Shown piece by piece: positions 9,313 to 18,821 of a stretch of DNA of 64,000 bases (position 1 is its first letter; each line of letters opens with the position of its first letter). The DNA is from Diplonema japonicum (lineage: Eukaryota; Protista; Euglenozoa: Diplonemea). The DNA is taken from the NCBI GenBank assembly GCA_964019335.1, contig OZ025666.1:186001-250000 (forward strand), read 5' to 3'. The notes under the pieces are model-generated. The model ran no database searches, was not told the origin of the DNA, and saw only the letters and a list, made by a program, of their open reading frames with translations. Position numbers and translations under genes: made by a program.

Positions 9313-10155
9313 ATGGCAGACAGCAATGTGTCCGCCTCTACCCAGCGATCTGTCCGCAATGCTGTCATGAAGCACATCCCCGAGATTATGCTGTGTAAAG
9401 TGAACGAGAAGGTGTTGGGCTTGCAGATCTTCGACGGGTCCGATTTGTTAAATATCGATCTCAATGATTACATGAAAAACGTGGTGACACTGCACAGCGA
9501 CCACTTGTTTAGGTTGTTCTGTGCAATCTCGGGGAATATCGCAGTTGTGTGGTCGTGTACTGACCTTTTCACCGATAAGTTTTGGGAGTTTATGTGTTTG
9601 TCCCGACCACTGCTGGTGAACCACAAGCATCTAAGGGGTTTCGTGCAGAATCATTACCCTTATGAAACAGTCACACTGACTTGTTCGCTAATGTTACCTT
9701 ACAAACAAGTCAAACAAGTGTACAGCACCGTGGCGTCATTGGCTGTGAGGAGTACGGTGCACATCCCGTCTGTCATCTTGATGTTCCTTGCAGCTGATAC
9801 GTCATGCCTCTACAATGTCTATGCGGCGCAGTGTGAGCAAGAACTCAAAAGATTAGAGGAAGAAGAACTTATCATCGAAGAGCAACAGATCGATGTGCTG
9901 CCCTCGTACGACCAGTCGATCTTGCGGCCTATTAAAGAGGAGAGGATTAAAGAGGAAAAGATTGAAAATGGGAAAGTTAAAATTGAGAAGATCAAAGAGG
10001 AAGACGAAATGTTGGCCCTTTGTCCCCCTCCTCTCGCGGAGATAAAAGACGAGGAAAGCGAGGATTACATACCAAAGAAGCGACGCCTGTCACGCACACC
10101 TTCCCCTCCGTTTGAGTTTGAAGACCTCGAAAACGACGGAATCACAGTGATTTAG
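9313..10155 (+). CDS. Hypothetical protein with an acidic, NLS-like C-terminus
   Basis: Long ORF. Pyrimidine tract plus CAG at 9303-9305 precedes the ATG. PKKRRL motif. Confidence 0.6.
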   Translation: MADSNVSASTQRSVRNAVMKHIPEIMLCKVNEKVLGLQIFDGSDLLNIDLNDYMKNVVTLHSDHLFRLFCAISGNIAVVWSCTDLFTDKFWEFMCLSRPLLVNHKHLRGFVQNHYPYETVTLTCSLMLPYKQVKQVYSTVASLAVRSTVHIPSVILMFLAADTSCLYNVYAAQCEQELKRLEEEELIIEEQQIDVLPSYDQSILRPIKEERIKEEKIENGKVKIEKIKEEDEMLALCPPPLAEIKDEESEDYIPKKRRLSRTPSPPFEFEDLENDGITVI

Positions 10156-10228
10156 TGTGGAAACACGTGTTTTCCCTTTTTTTCCATTTTCTTTTCCACG
10201 TTTGCACATTTATTGCAGGCGACAACCA

Positions 10229-11287
10229 ATGGGGACATGTCTGCCCTCCATCCTTGACGAACAGCTCGCGACAAGGCTCCTCAAAGAGCGTGCTGGCGGC
10301 CGCGTCAAGACGGGAAACCTTTTCGGGCTGAGCATTGACCAAGCCATCGAAAAACACCAGCGAGAAGCTGACGAGCTGATTAAAAAAGCCTACAAATTCC
10401 TTGCGGAAGATAAATACGTGAATGCAAACCAATACATGATGGCAGCTCACAAACTGCGCCCCAGCTGCGTACAGACAATGTACTCTCTGTGCTGCATTAG
10501 TGCTCTTTTGGGAAATGCGGAGGAGTGTTCGTGTTGGCTGTTACGCGCCGTTGAAGCGACGCCTTCAGAGCACCCTATCAAGCACACCGAGACAGAGTGC
10601 AGCAAGCCCAAGCAAGACATCCTCGACCCTTTGATGCGGTACAGAATATTGCAACGGCAAAGAAAAGCACCAAAAAAGGTCCGAGACAGGATCCGAACCG
10701 GGACGTGGGTGGGCGACGATATGAGGCAGCTCATACGAGGCGTGCGATGGGTGGTTGAAGCAGCGCCTCTTTCCGATGCCAATAGAATTGCAGAGCGTAT
10801 GAAGTGCCCGTGGCTGCCGTTAGGGAAAGCGTTAGTGATCGACCAACCATGTAAGAGTAGTAGTGGGTGTAAAACAGTGGGCCGCCTGGCTTCCCCGGCG
10901 CCAAAAACGCCCGAGCGGCCCGCCGATAGTTCAGTCGATGTTTCAAATAATTCACCGCGGGTCACACTTCCATCTGTAAAAAACCATCTTGTAAAGCGGG
11001 TGCAAAATTTTTCCAAACAACCCCGCAAGACCCGCCCCCGTCAGCCTGTCAGCACTGTGCGAGCAAATCTCAAAGATTCAGCACATTCACCTTCTGTTGT
11101 CTTGCCGTCTCTTGATCACTCTCCTGGCCACCCCTTTCCCACTCCAAAACTCGTACGTCGTGCGGGTGCATGGAGCGCTTCTTCCACAGGAAAGCATATC
11201 CCCAACCGCACCCTTGCTCGACTCGAGTCCAGCCGGACTCATCACGCCCCCTGCAGTATCCCACAACTTGCGGGACTCAAGCTGTAA
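10229..11287 (+). CDS. Hypothetical protein with TPR-like helices
   Basis: YSLCCISALLGNAEECSCWLLRAVEA resembles a terminal TPR motif. Acceptor-like TTGCAG at 10213-10218. Confidence 0.6.
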   Translation: MGTCLPSILDEQLATRLLKERAGGRVKTGNLFGLSIDQAIEKHQREADELIKKAYKFLAEDKYVNANQYMMAAHKLRPSCVQTMYSLCCISALLGNAEECSCWLLRAVEATPSEHPIKHTETECSKPKQDILDPLMRYRILQRQRKAPKKVRDRIRTGTWVGDDMRQLIRGVRWVVEAAPLSDANRIAERMKCPWLPLGKALVIDQPCKSSSGCKTVGRLASPAPKTPERPADSSVDVSNNSPRVTLPSVKNHLVKRVQNFSKQPRKTRPRQPVSTVRANLKDSAHSPSVVLPSLDHSPGHPFPTPKLVRRAGAWSASSTGKHIPNRTLARLESSRTHHAPCSIPQLAGLKL

Positions 11288-11506
11288 TGAGCATTTCCAT
11301 GCGAAGAAAAAGCTTGAAACCGCCTTTCGTATCATCCTGGTGCCTTGCTGTATTTCAGAGAAGCAGAAAAAAAAGCAGAAGAATATGTGTATGGGTTTGC
11401 CGTGTAGTTTGCTATTTTTTTTCTTCTCTAAAAAGAGAAATGGAGAACCGGATTCGAAAAAAAGAAAAAGAAAAAAACTATTCATAAACGCAAAGGCTTG
11501 GGTGAA

Positions 11507-13102
11507 ATGAGCGCAGAAACTGATGTAGTGAATGCACTACTACATCAGCTGCCGACGGGGGGTGTGGCACACCTCTACGACATAAATAGGGATTGGGAGA
11601 CGCAAGGGTACCAAGCGGTGTGGGGTGGGTTGGAGGCTTTTTTGTCAAAGCACAGGGAGTTTGTGGTGTTGGGTGAGGGGCTTGTTTGCAAGGCGGATGG
11701 CGTAGCTTCCCCTTTGGTGTCGCCTGGCAACAGGGGACGGGAGCTGTTCTCGCCGTCTGGGAAGGAGAAGGAACGGCGGAGCAATGAGTTAAGGGTGATG
11801 CGGGAAGAGCTGACGCAGAACACTATGATGATTAATAAAATCAAAGTGGTTCCCGCCCTCACATCGCCGCCGCACTGGCCCGTGCAGAGGGACGTCACAG
11901 CAGTCCCCCCGCAGCCTGTGACCACCCCCCAGCACGCGGGACAGCACTCTAGGTGTATATCGCCAACGCTTCCCGATGATAAAAAAATAGGAGGGACCCT
12001 GCAATCTCCCCCACCCCTCCCGCCTGCTGTGGACTTTTGCCCTGCTGACTCGCCAAGCAGACCTGTCTCGCAAGTGGAGTTGCAGCAGGAGATTAACGAT
12101 GCTGTCACCGGGCTGCAGCTGCGTAAGAACCACTTCATGGAACTTGCGAGCAAAGCAAGGTCAGCGTCTGCGATTGAGGTCTCACCACGTCCCATGTCCC
12201 CGCTGCCTCTTGCGCAGCAACAACAGCAGCCCAGCAACCCACCTTCTCTTCCACCTTCGCTTCCACCATCTTTCCCTGCGCCCACATCTTCGCCATCTCT
12301 TGCTCCTCATTCCGCAATACCTACTCCAACTCACGTCCCGGCGATACAGTCGTTTGCAGCGCCTGCCCAACCGTCTCAGGCAGAGACGGTGTCGGATGCA
12401 GTGGGCGGGTTCCTTGACGCTATGTGTCAGAAGCAGCCAGTGTTTGTTGTAGAGGCGGCGGTGGAGGAGTGGTTGAAGAACCAGGCACGGGCGCCGCTGA
12501 GCTTTCCATACACACCGCATCAGGAGTACAAGGGGATCGTGAGCTACATCCTGTCGAAGAGGGACAGGGCGAACAACCCGCTGGTGGGGAAGGACATTGC
12601 TGCGGACGCGAGCAGCATCGCAGAGGGGTCCGTAGAAGACCTTGTGGTGTGCGCACCGAGGGTCTTCTCGACATCCGACGTGCCAAGCAGCAGTGTGACA
12701 TTCGAACTGGCGTCGCAGGTCTGCCCGTCGCATTATACACTTGCATATGGGGTGCCTGCCCACGTTCGATCCCACCCGCAATATTTCCCCGCTGCAAAGC
12801 TCCGGTCTTGGAAGCTAGAAGGCTCAGCTGACGGTGTCCAGTACCACGTGCTCAGCGTGCACCACAACGATGATGCCTTCGGTCCTGCAGACCGGCCGCA
12901 TGATGTGGTCGTTTCGTTTAAAATACCTGATCCAGCTGAGAGGTGTGTAGATCCCCCCCCCTTAAAAGAAAAAAAAAAGCAAAAACAAAAAAAAAGGTAT
13001 TTCAAGTTCTTCAAGATCACGCAGCTCGGTCCCAACGCTGCCGGGAACCATTCCCTCTCTCTGTCCGGGTTCGAGCTTTACGGCAAGCTGTTGTTAAGAT
13101 GA
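11507..13102 (+). CDS. Proline-rich protein with a C-terminal galactose-binding-like domain (as in HECTD1); in-frame intron 12943-12996
   Basis: PSHYTL...LRSWKLEGSADG...FKITQLGPNAAGNHSLSLSGFELYG. The 54-nt GTGTGT..AAAG homopolymer insert is removable in frame. Confidence 0.7.
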   Translation: MSAETDVVNALLHQLPTGGVAHLYDINRDWETQGYQAVWGGLEAFLSKHREFVVLGEGLVCKADGVASPLVSPGNRGRELFSPSGKEKERRSNELRVMREELTQNTMMINKIKVVPALTSPPHWPVQRDVTAVPPQPVTTPQHAGQHSRCISPTLPDDKKIGGTLQSPPPLPPAVDFCPADSPSRPVSQVELQQEINDAVTGLQLRKNHFMELASKARSASAIEVSPRPMSPLPLAQQQQQPSNPPSLPPSLPPSFPAPTSSPSLAPHSAIPTPTHVPAIQSFAAPAQPSQAETVSDAVGGFLDAMCQKQPVFVVEAAVEEWLKNQARAPLSFPYTPHQEYKGIVSYILSKRDRANNPLVGKDIAADASSIAEGSVEDLVVCAPRVFSTSDVPSSSVTFELASQVCPSHYTLAYGVPAHVRSHPQYFPAAKLRSWKLEGSADGVQYHVLSVHHNDDAFGPADRPHDVVVSFKIPDPAERCVDPPPLKEKKKQKQKKRYFKFFKITQLGPNAAGNHSLSLSGFELYGKLLLR

Positions 13103-13412
13103 GCTTCAATGGGGTTTGACGAAACGAATGTAATGTGGGCACCGGCGCACGACATCATTATCTGAAGCTTTAGAGTCGTCCACCCCCCTCCCCCTCCCCC
13201 TCCCCCCACCCCTTCTTAGATTTCTGTTGTATCTTTATTTTAATTCAAAAAAACTTTTTTTTGGCGAATACCTAGCTCCCCCCCCCCTTTTTTTCTTTTT
13301 ATTACGAAAAAAAAAATGTTGAAAATATTTTGTGTTGTCGTAATGTTTTTTTCCTTTCTACAGCACAAAGAGAGGGGGAAAAGAGAAGGAAAAAAGAAAA
13401 AAAGAAGAAAAA

Positions 13413-13748
13413 ATGCAAGCACAACATAAACGTAAGGTGCTGAAGTTGTACCGGGGCTTGCTTAAACTCGCCACAAAATTCCCCGAGAGTGAGGTGGCGT
13501 GGGAAAATAACAGAATACCGATGTCGGACGAGCTGCGTGTTGAGATAAGAACAGCGTTCAAAGATAACCGTGGGGAAGTCGACCCCCGGAGGATGGAGAG
13601 GCAGGTGAACGAAGCAAATCGGATAAAAAAAATGCTGGAGGTGATTATACAAGATGGCTTTACCAGAATGTATTCAACAGTTAGGGAGTATCACACTTGG
13701 GGCGCTTTGTCGGTCCGGGAAATGCATAGGCTGAAAGAAAAAGAATGA
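13413..13748 (+). CDS. LYR-motif (Complex1_LYR) protein
   Basis: VLKLYRGLLKLA.KFP ... IRTAFKDNR...DP. Confidence 0.8.
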   Translation: MQAQHKRKVLKLYRGLLKLATKFPESEVAWENNRIPMSDELRVEIRTAFKDNRGEVDPRRMERQVNEANRIKKMLEVIIQDGFTRMYSTVREYHTWGALSVREMHRLKEKE

Positions 13749-13854
13749 AAAAAAAAAAAAAAAAAACAGAAAAAAATAGTGTTTTTCATTTTTTTTTTTT
13801 TTTTTCCGAAAAAAAAAAAAAAAAAAAAAAAAGAGAAGCCCCACTTAAATGTAA

Positions 13855-14361
13855 ATGTCCACTGACCTCGTTAGACAAGTTTCTGTATCGGTTGGGTTGG
13901 TCCCCCCCAGTATGCAATATATTCAGAAAGACCGGTATGAAAGGTTTCTAAGTGAGGCGTATTGCGGTGGGGAGTTGTATCGGGAAAAGGATAGGAAAGT
14001 ATTTAGAGGGAAAAACCTGAGAGCGGCGGGAAGGGTCAAGAAAGGCTTGGCAACAACCAACAGAAAACTCTCGCCCCTCTCCACTACTGATACGCTTGAG
14101 GTCGGGACACTCGGCCAAGGCCAGCCGCGGAAACCAGTAAGCTCCCCCGTTTCGAATCACGATTTCCCATTGTTGAAGGGCACTGTACCGCTGCCACCAA
14201 GCGGGCCCCACTTTGCCCATCAGCATCCGAAAAAAAGAATCGTGAACACTGTAAAAAAAGAGATCCTCGTAGGCTGGGGAGGAGTGACCCTTCCTATACA
14301 CCAACCTCTCAACAAAAGGGATAGAAACGCAGCCCCTTTAAGGGTTGCTTATCTTACCTGA
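13855..14361 (+). CDS. Hypothetical basic protein
   Basis: 168-aa ORF of complex sequence between homopolymer-rich spacers. Confidence 0.5.
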   Translation: MSTDLVRQVSVSVGLVPPSMQYIQKDRYERFLSEAYCGGELYREKDRKVFRGKNLRAAGRVKKGLATTNRKLSPLSTTDTLEVGTLGQGQPRKPVSSPVSNHDFPLLKGTVPLPPSGPHFAHQHPKKRIVNTVKKEILVGWGGVTLPIHQPLNKRDRNAAPLRVAYLT

Positions 14362-14517
14362 CTGTACTTGCAATACAGTACATATACTTTTGCTGGTTTT
14401 CTTTTTTTTTGGGGGGGGGAGTGGGTGGGGTATGGCAGCTACAGAGCAGAACATTTTTTTCCCCCCCTTCTTCCATCCCTGACCACGGACCCGTTTTTCT
14501 TGTACCCCCGCTGTTCT

Positions 14518-14558
<41 letters not shown>

Positions 14559-14686
14559 CTCATATATATTTTCTCTCTCTCTCTCTCACTCCCCGTTTCC
14601 AAATCATCACCAAACACACACAGGTTGTTTAATTTAATTTAGATTAATTTCGTATTTCAAAAAAAAATAATAATAATAAAATAATA

Positions 14687-15874
14687 ATGATGCAAGTTGA
14701 AGATCAAGCAGGCTTAGGCCAACTAGCTGTCTGCCTCCGGGGCCTCGTGTACGGAGGCAGCAACAAGGCAGGGGTTGGAACCAACACCTTGCCGAGGCCA
14801 GCGAACTGGCTCCCAGCTTTTCAACAAAACGAATCGACCTCAGAAGGGCAAGGTAACACTTCGGGCACCGCTTCACAAGGGGAACACGGGCACGGCCACC
14901 ATCACACAAACAGCAGACACCATCCTAAGGTGAGGTCTCTTCCACAAGTAGGAGGGAAGCCCACACATCGAAAGAAAAACGAAGGCGGGTGCGACGTCCC
15001 AGGTTGGGTCACACTGTCGAGCCCGAACACCAAGGTCACACTAAAGAGGGACATTGTTGATTTTGTAAACTACATGCAACTGTCAGAACAAGAAACAGAA
15101 GAACGGGATGCTGTGGTTGCATCCGTCACCCAGTGCATTGCGATGGTGAAGCCGGAAGCTGTTGTGAGCGATCCTTTTAAACAGATAGCACTGCCAGGTG
15201 CGAGGGTTGATTTGATGGTTAGAAACGCGGGTGATTTCGGAAATCTCGCAACGTTGTTGACCCCGCACACCGAAAGCCCCAAGCACGAGACTGACGGGAC
15301 GGTAGCTTTCACATTCAGAAAATTTTCCGTTTGTTTGAAGGAAGCGTCTTTGACAGACGTGGAGCCGATCATCGGGAAATATTTGGAAGAGATCCCACAA
15401 CTTCGTGCTACGATTGTTCTTATTCAAGCGATTCTGCAGCAGTGTAATTTGGTGCATGTTGTGGGGGGGCTTGACTTATGGACGTTAATCGTGATGTTGG
15501 TGGCTGTTTACGTGCGTTACAATAGTGTGGAGAACAGTGCTTCGAGGCTTTTTATGGATTTTTTGGCGTGTTTTGGGTGGGCGTTTGATTATGCGATGCA
15601 CGGGGTTGATTTGAACCTGTTGTCGTCCGGGTCGAACTGGCCGGTGAAGCAGCATGACTCGTTTTTGTCGGTTAGTGATCCTCTCAACCCTTCTGTTAAC
15701 CTGAGTGCTTCCGCATCCCGTGCGCAGCAGCTTCGCGCTACTTTTCAGTATTGTTACGTTTCGTTGTCTAAGTGGGAACACGGAAACACCACTCACAAAT
15801 ATATCTCCCCCTTGGCTAACATCATCGCGCACAAAAAACTTCCTGCAAGGCCCTCCAGGCCTGTTGGGTCGTAG
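14687..15874 (+). CDS. Trf4/PAPD5-like non-canonical poly(A) polymerase homolog with a degenerate active site
   Basis: LKRDIVDFVNYMQLSEQETEER, GGLDLWTLIVML, LFMDFLACFG..FDY and LSVSDPLNPSVNL follow the Trf4 layout. Confidence 0.65.
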   Translation: MMQVEDQAGLGQLAVCLRGLVYGGSNKAGVGTNTLPRPANWLPAFQQNESTSEGQGNTSGTASQGEHGHGHHHTNSRHHPKVRSLPQVGGKPTHRKKNEGGCDVPGWVTLSSPNTKVTLKRDIVDFVNYMQLSEQETEERDAVVASVTQCIAMVKPEAVVSDPFKQIALPGARVDLMVRNAGDFGNLATLLTPHTESPKHETDGTVAFTFRKFSVCLKEASLTDVEPIIGKYLEEIPQLRATIVLIQAILQQCNLVHVVGGLDLWTLIVMLVAVYVRYNSVENSASRLFMDFLACFGWAFDYAMHGVDLNLLSSGSNWPVKQHDSFLSVSDPLNPSVNLSASASRAQQLRATFQYCYVSLSKWEHGNTTHKYISPLANIIAHKKLPARPSRPVGS

Positions 15875-15980
15875 AAAAAAAAAAAAAAGAAAAAAAAAAC
15901 TTTTTTTTTTTAAAACGTGTGGTGTTGTTTATATATAGGCCAAAAAAAAAAAATAAAGAGAAGAACAAAAAAAAATTTTT

Positions 15981-15983
<3 letters not shown>

Positions 15984-16021
<38 letters not shown>
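15984..16021. repeat. (TA)n microsatellite
   Basis: Direct reading of the sequence. Confidence 0.9.
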
Positions 16022-16023
<2 letters not shown>

Positions 16024-17573
16024 TGGTACGCACAAATTTTAACAGCGCCAGAAGATAGTTTTTTTTTTTTTTTTTTTTGTAAACATTATAATAAAAAAAA
16101 AAAGGAAATAAAAAACTACTATATTTTTTTATGTCCATTTTTTTTTATTTATTTCCATATATGGTTAAAGGTACTGAAACCACAATAAAGGGGGTTTTTT
16201 TTTTTCTCTTCTTTATCCCTTCTTCTCATAACTACATTCTTCTTTTTTTTTTCCTCCCTCTCACACTACGATTAAAAAAAAAAAAAAAATTAATAAAAAA
16301 AAAATATATATATTCCCTCTCTGCTTTCACTTATTTGTTCTTCTTTTTTTCCTTTTCTTTCCATTCTTTCGTTTCTTGCAGTAGTGGGCCTGTTGGCGTC
16401 GCACCGGGCCTTGTTGCCCCTGTAGATTGTTTTTTTTTTTTTTTTTTTCCCTCCTTTCTTTTATTAATAACTTATCTCACAAACGGGTATGATGCTTGAA
16501 AAGCTGGGAAGCAGGAATAGAGGTACATTGTCCCCCCCCTCCTTCGGGTCAGCGAACCCCCCTGCCCAGAGGGCTACTTCTCTAGCACCAGTTTTTCTAT
16601 GGGACAAGGCTTTTTATTTCGGTGAGGCCTGCTGTTTTGGGATTATTATACAAGAGGCCTGGAGCTGTTCTTCAGGCGGGCGGTGTGATGATTCTGACTC
16701 CAGGTTCGGTACACTACTCAGGACTGGGAGAAAAAAAAAAAAAGTATTTTTTTTTTCCATCTTCCTCCCTCATTTGTTACATGATTTTATAATTATTATT
16801 TTTTTTTCTCTCCACAAAAATGATTTTTTTTTTTGAATGGCGCCATGTGTATTGAATGAAAAAAAAAGTAAAGAGAATGGGGGGGGGAAAAAAAACAAAA
16901 AACGGAGTGAAAAAGGAGCGATCTCGATTTCCTTTTGTGCCCCGCCTTTTCTTCTTCTCTTTTTTTTTTCCCTCCTCCCTTCTCTTCCTTACTTTACCCC
17001 CCATCCTACTCTGTTACTTATCTCCCTTCCAGCGCGCAACCAGGTGAACTGGCGCGCCCCTGTTGCCCTTCTTCTCGGTAATTCAGGGTATAAAACACTA
17101 GGAAAAAAAATGAAAAGAAAAAAAAAAAAAAAAAAAAGGGAAGATAAAAAAAAAGAGGAAAATATCTCTCAAAAACCTTTTTTTTTTTTAAAAAAAAAGA
17201 AACTGGATAGTATTTTTATTATAAAATAGTAATCTTCATTTCCATTCTTTTTTTTTCTTTTTTTTTTTAAACATTTATTTGTTCTGAGAGGTGGTGCTAC
17301 ACCTCCTCCCAATCATTCTAAACCCCCCCCCCCCCCCCCCCAACCCGCTTTGGAGAATTTGTTTTTTTGACATTAATGCTAGCTATTCTCGTATCCCCCC
17401 CCCCCCCCCCTCTCTTCTGTTAACCTTCTTCCACCACAAAAAAGAGTACTTGTTTCTACCCCCACCCTCTCCTTCCCCAGCCCGATTCTTCTCGGTGCCG
17501 TCTTCCATCATCACGCAAATCGCACGAGAAAAATAAAATAGGAGAAGAGGGCAAACCCCAGCCCAGTTGTGAA

Positions 17574-17604
<31 letters not shown>

Positions 17605-17942
17605 CGACTTCTTATCCGTTTTTTTCCCCCCCTTGGGCGTTTCTCTCGCCGCTTCTTTGCATGATTCAACACCAGTGCAAGCTCTAGGAGCTTCTTGTTG
17701 AATGCACTACTACAGGTACTACACACAAATGAGGCCTCGTCTGCCGTGTCTCAGAAAGGTGTTCAAGTAGTGAACAAAGTCAGCCCACAAACCACCTTGC
17801 TTTTAGTGGGAAAAAAAAAAAAAAAAAAAAAAGTGGGCTCCCTGTGGCACGAAATTTCGTTTATTCGGAAACAATTTCCTTTTTTGTTTCCCTTTTTCTT
17901 TTCCCCCTTCTAATTACGAACTGTCACCATTATGTAGAAGGG

Positions 17943-17977
<35 letters not shown>

Positions 17978-18003
17978 ATGACAATATCCATTGTCACGGA
18001 GTG

Positions 18004-18687
18004 ATGGTGATCAGAATTGCAGTAACCCGTAACGGACTAAAAAAGGAAGACACAGCAGCTGTGAACAGGCTGCTCACAGAGAGAGCAGGAATAGTACAGT
18101 TGGTGGTAGATCCGGAGAGGAGCCTCGAATTATTTGACATTTTGGTGGTGGGGGAGAACGGCAAGTTGAGCCCCAAGGTCTTACTGGGCTTGGTCTATGG
18201 CGCACCACTAGTCACAATGGACTGGGTACACAAGATGCTGTTGCACCCTGCTGGTGAGATTGACCATTGGGCACATTTAGACCCAAAATGGAAGGAACCT
18301 TGTTTGGCCTACTCGTCCTTTCCAAAACCGTTAAAGGACATGAACATCCATGTTACCCCCTCCACACCTCTCATGCCTTTACTTTCTCACATCATCAAGT
18401 GTGCGGGTGGCACTGTTGGACCCTTATGTGACGCGGCCTTGGTCATCTCTTCAGCTCCGGAACAGACCTCTCTCCCGCAAGTATCCTCGTCATGGCTTTA
18501 CCAGTCTGTCACCCTATCCCGTCCTGCTGTGTACCAGCCGTATCTCATACCAGGTAGCGGGCGACCTCCTCCGCTCTCTGTGAAAAAGGTAACACCAGAG
18601 AAAAAGCGAAACCCCTCAGTTAGTGATGACGATGACCTATTGGTTAGACGGAAGAAAAGAAGGCGGAGGTTCGGACACCCTTTGTAA
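18004..18687 (+). CDS. Tandem BRCT-domain protein
   Basis: SPKVLLGLVYGAPLVTMDWV and IIKCAGGTV...VSSSWLYQSV. Basic NLS-like tail. Confidence 0.7.
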   Translation: MVIRIAVTRNGLKKEDTAAVNRLLTERAGIVQLVVDPERSLELFDILVVGENGKLSPKVLLGLVYGAPLVTMDWVHKMLLHPAGEIDHWAHLDPKWKEPCLAYSSFPKPLKDMNIHVTPSTPLMPLLSHIIKCAGGTVGPLCDAALVISSAPEQTSLPQVSSSWLYQSVTLSRPAVYQPYLIPGSGRPPPLSVKKVTPEKKRNPSVSDDDDLLVRRKKRRRRFGHPL

Positions 18688-18821
18688 ACAGTTTTTTTTT
18701 ATTATTATTTTTTTATTTCCCCACCATTTTTTTTTTTTGTTCTCTTCTTAGCTCATGGGGAAAGAAAAAAAGTTCGTTTCTGCTGTTCTCCTCTCCAACC
18801 CCACTACCCAGGAAATGTCAA

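Noticed and set aside
16686-16697. C/D snoRNA (TGATGA followed by CTGA)
   Set aside because: The boxes are only 2 nt apart, leaving no guide region.
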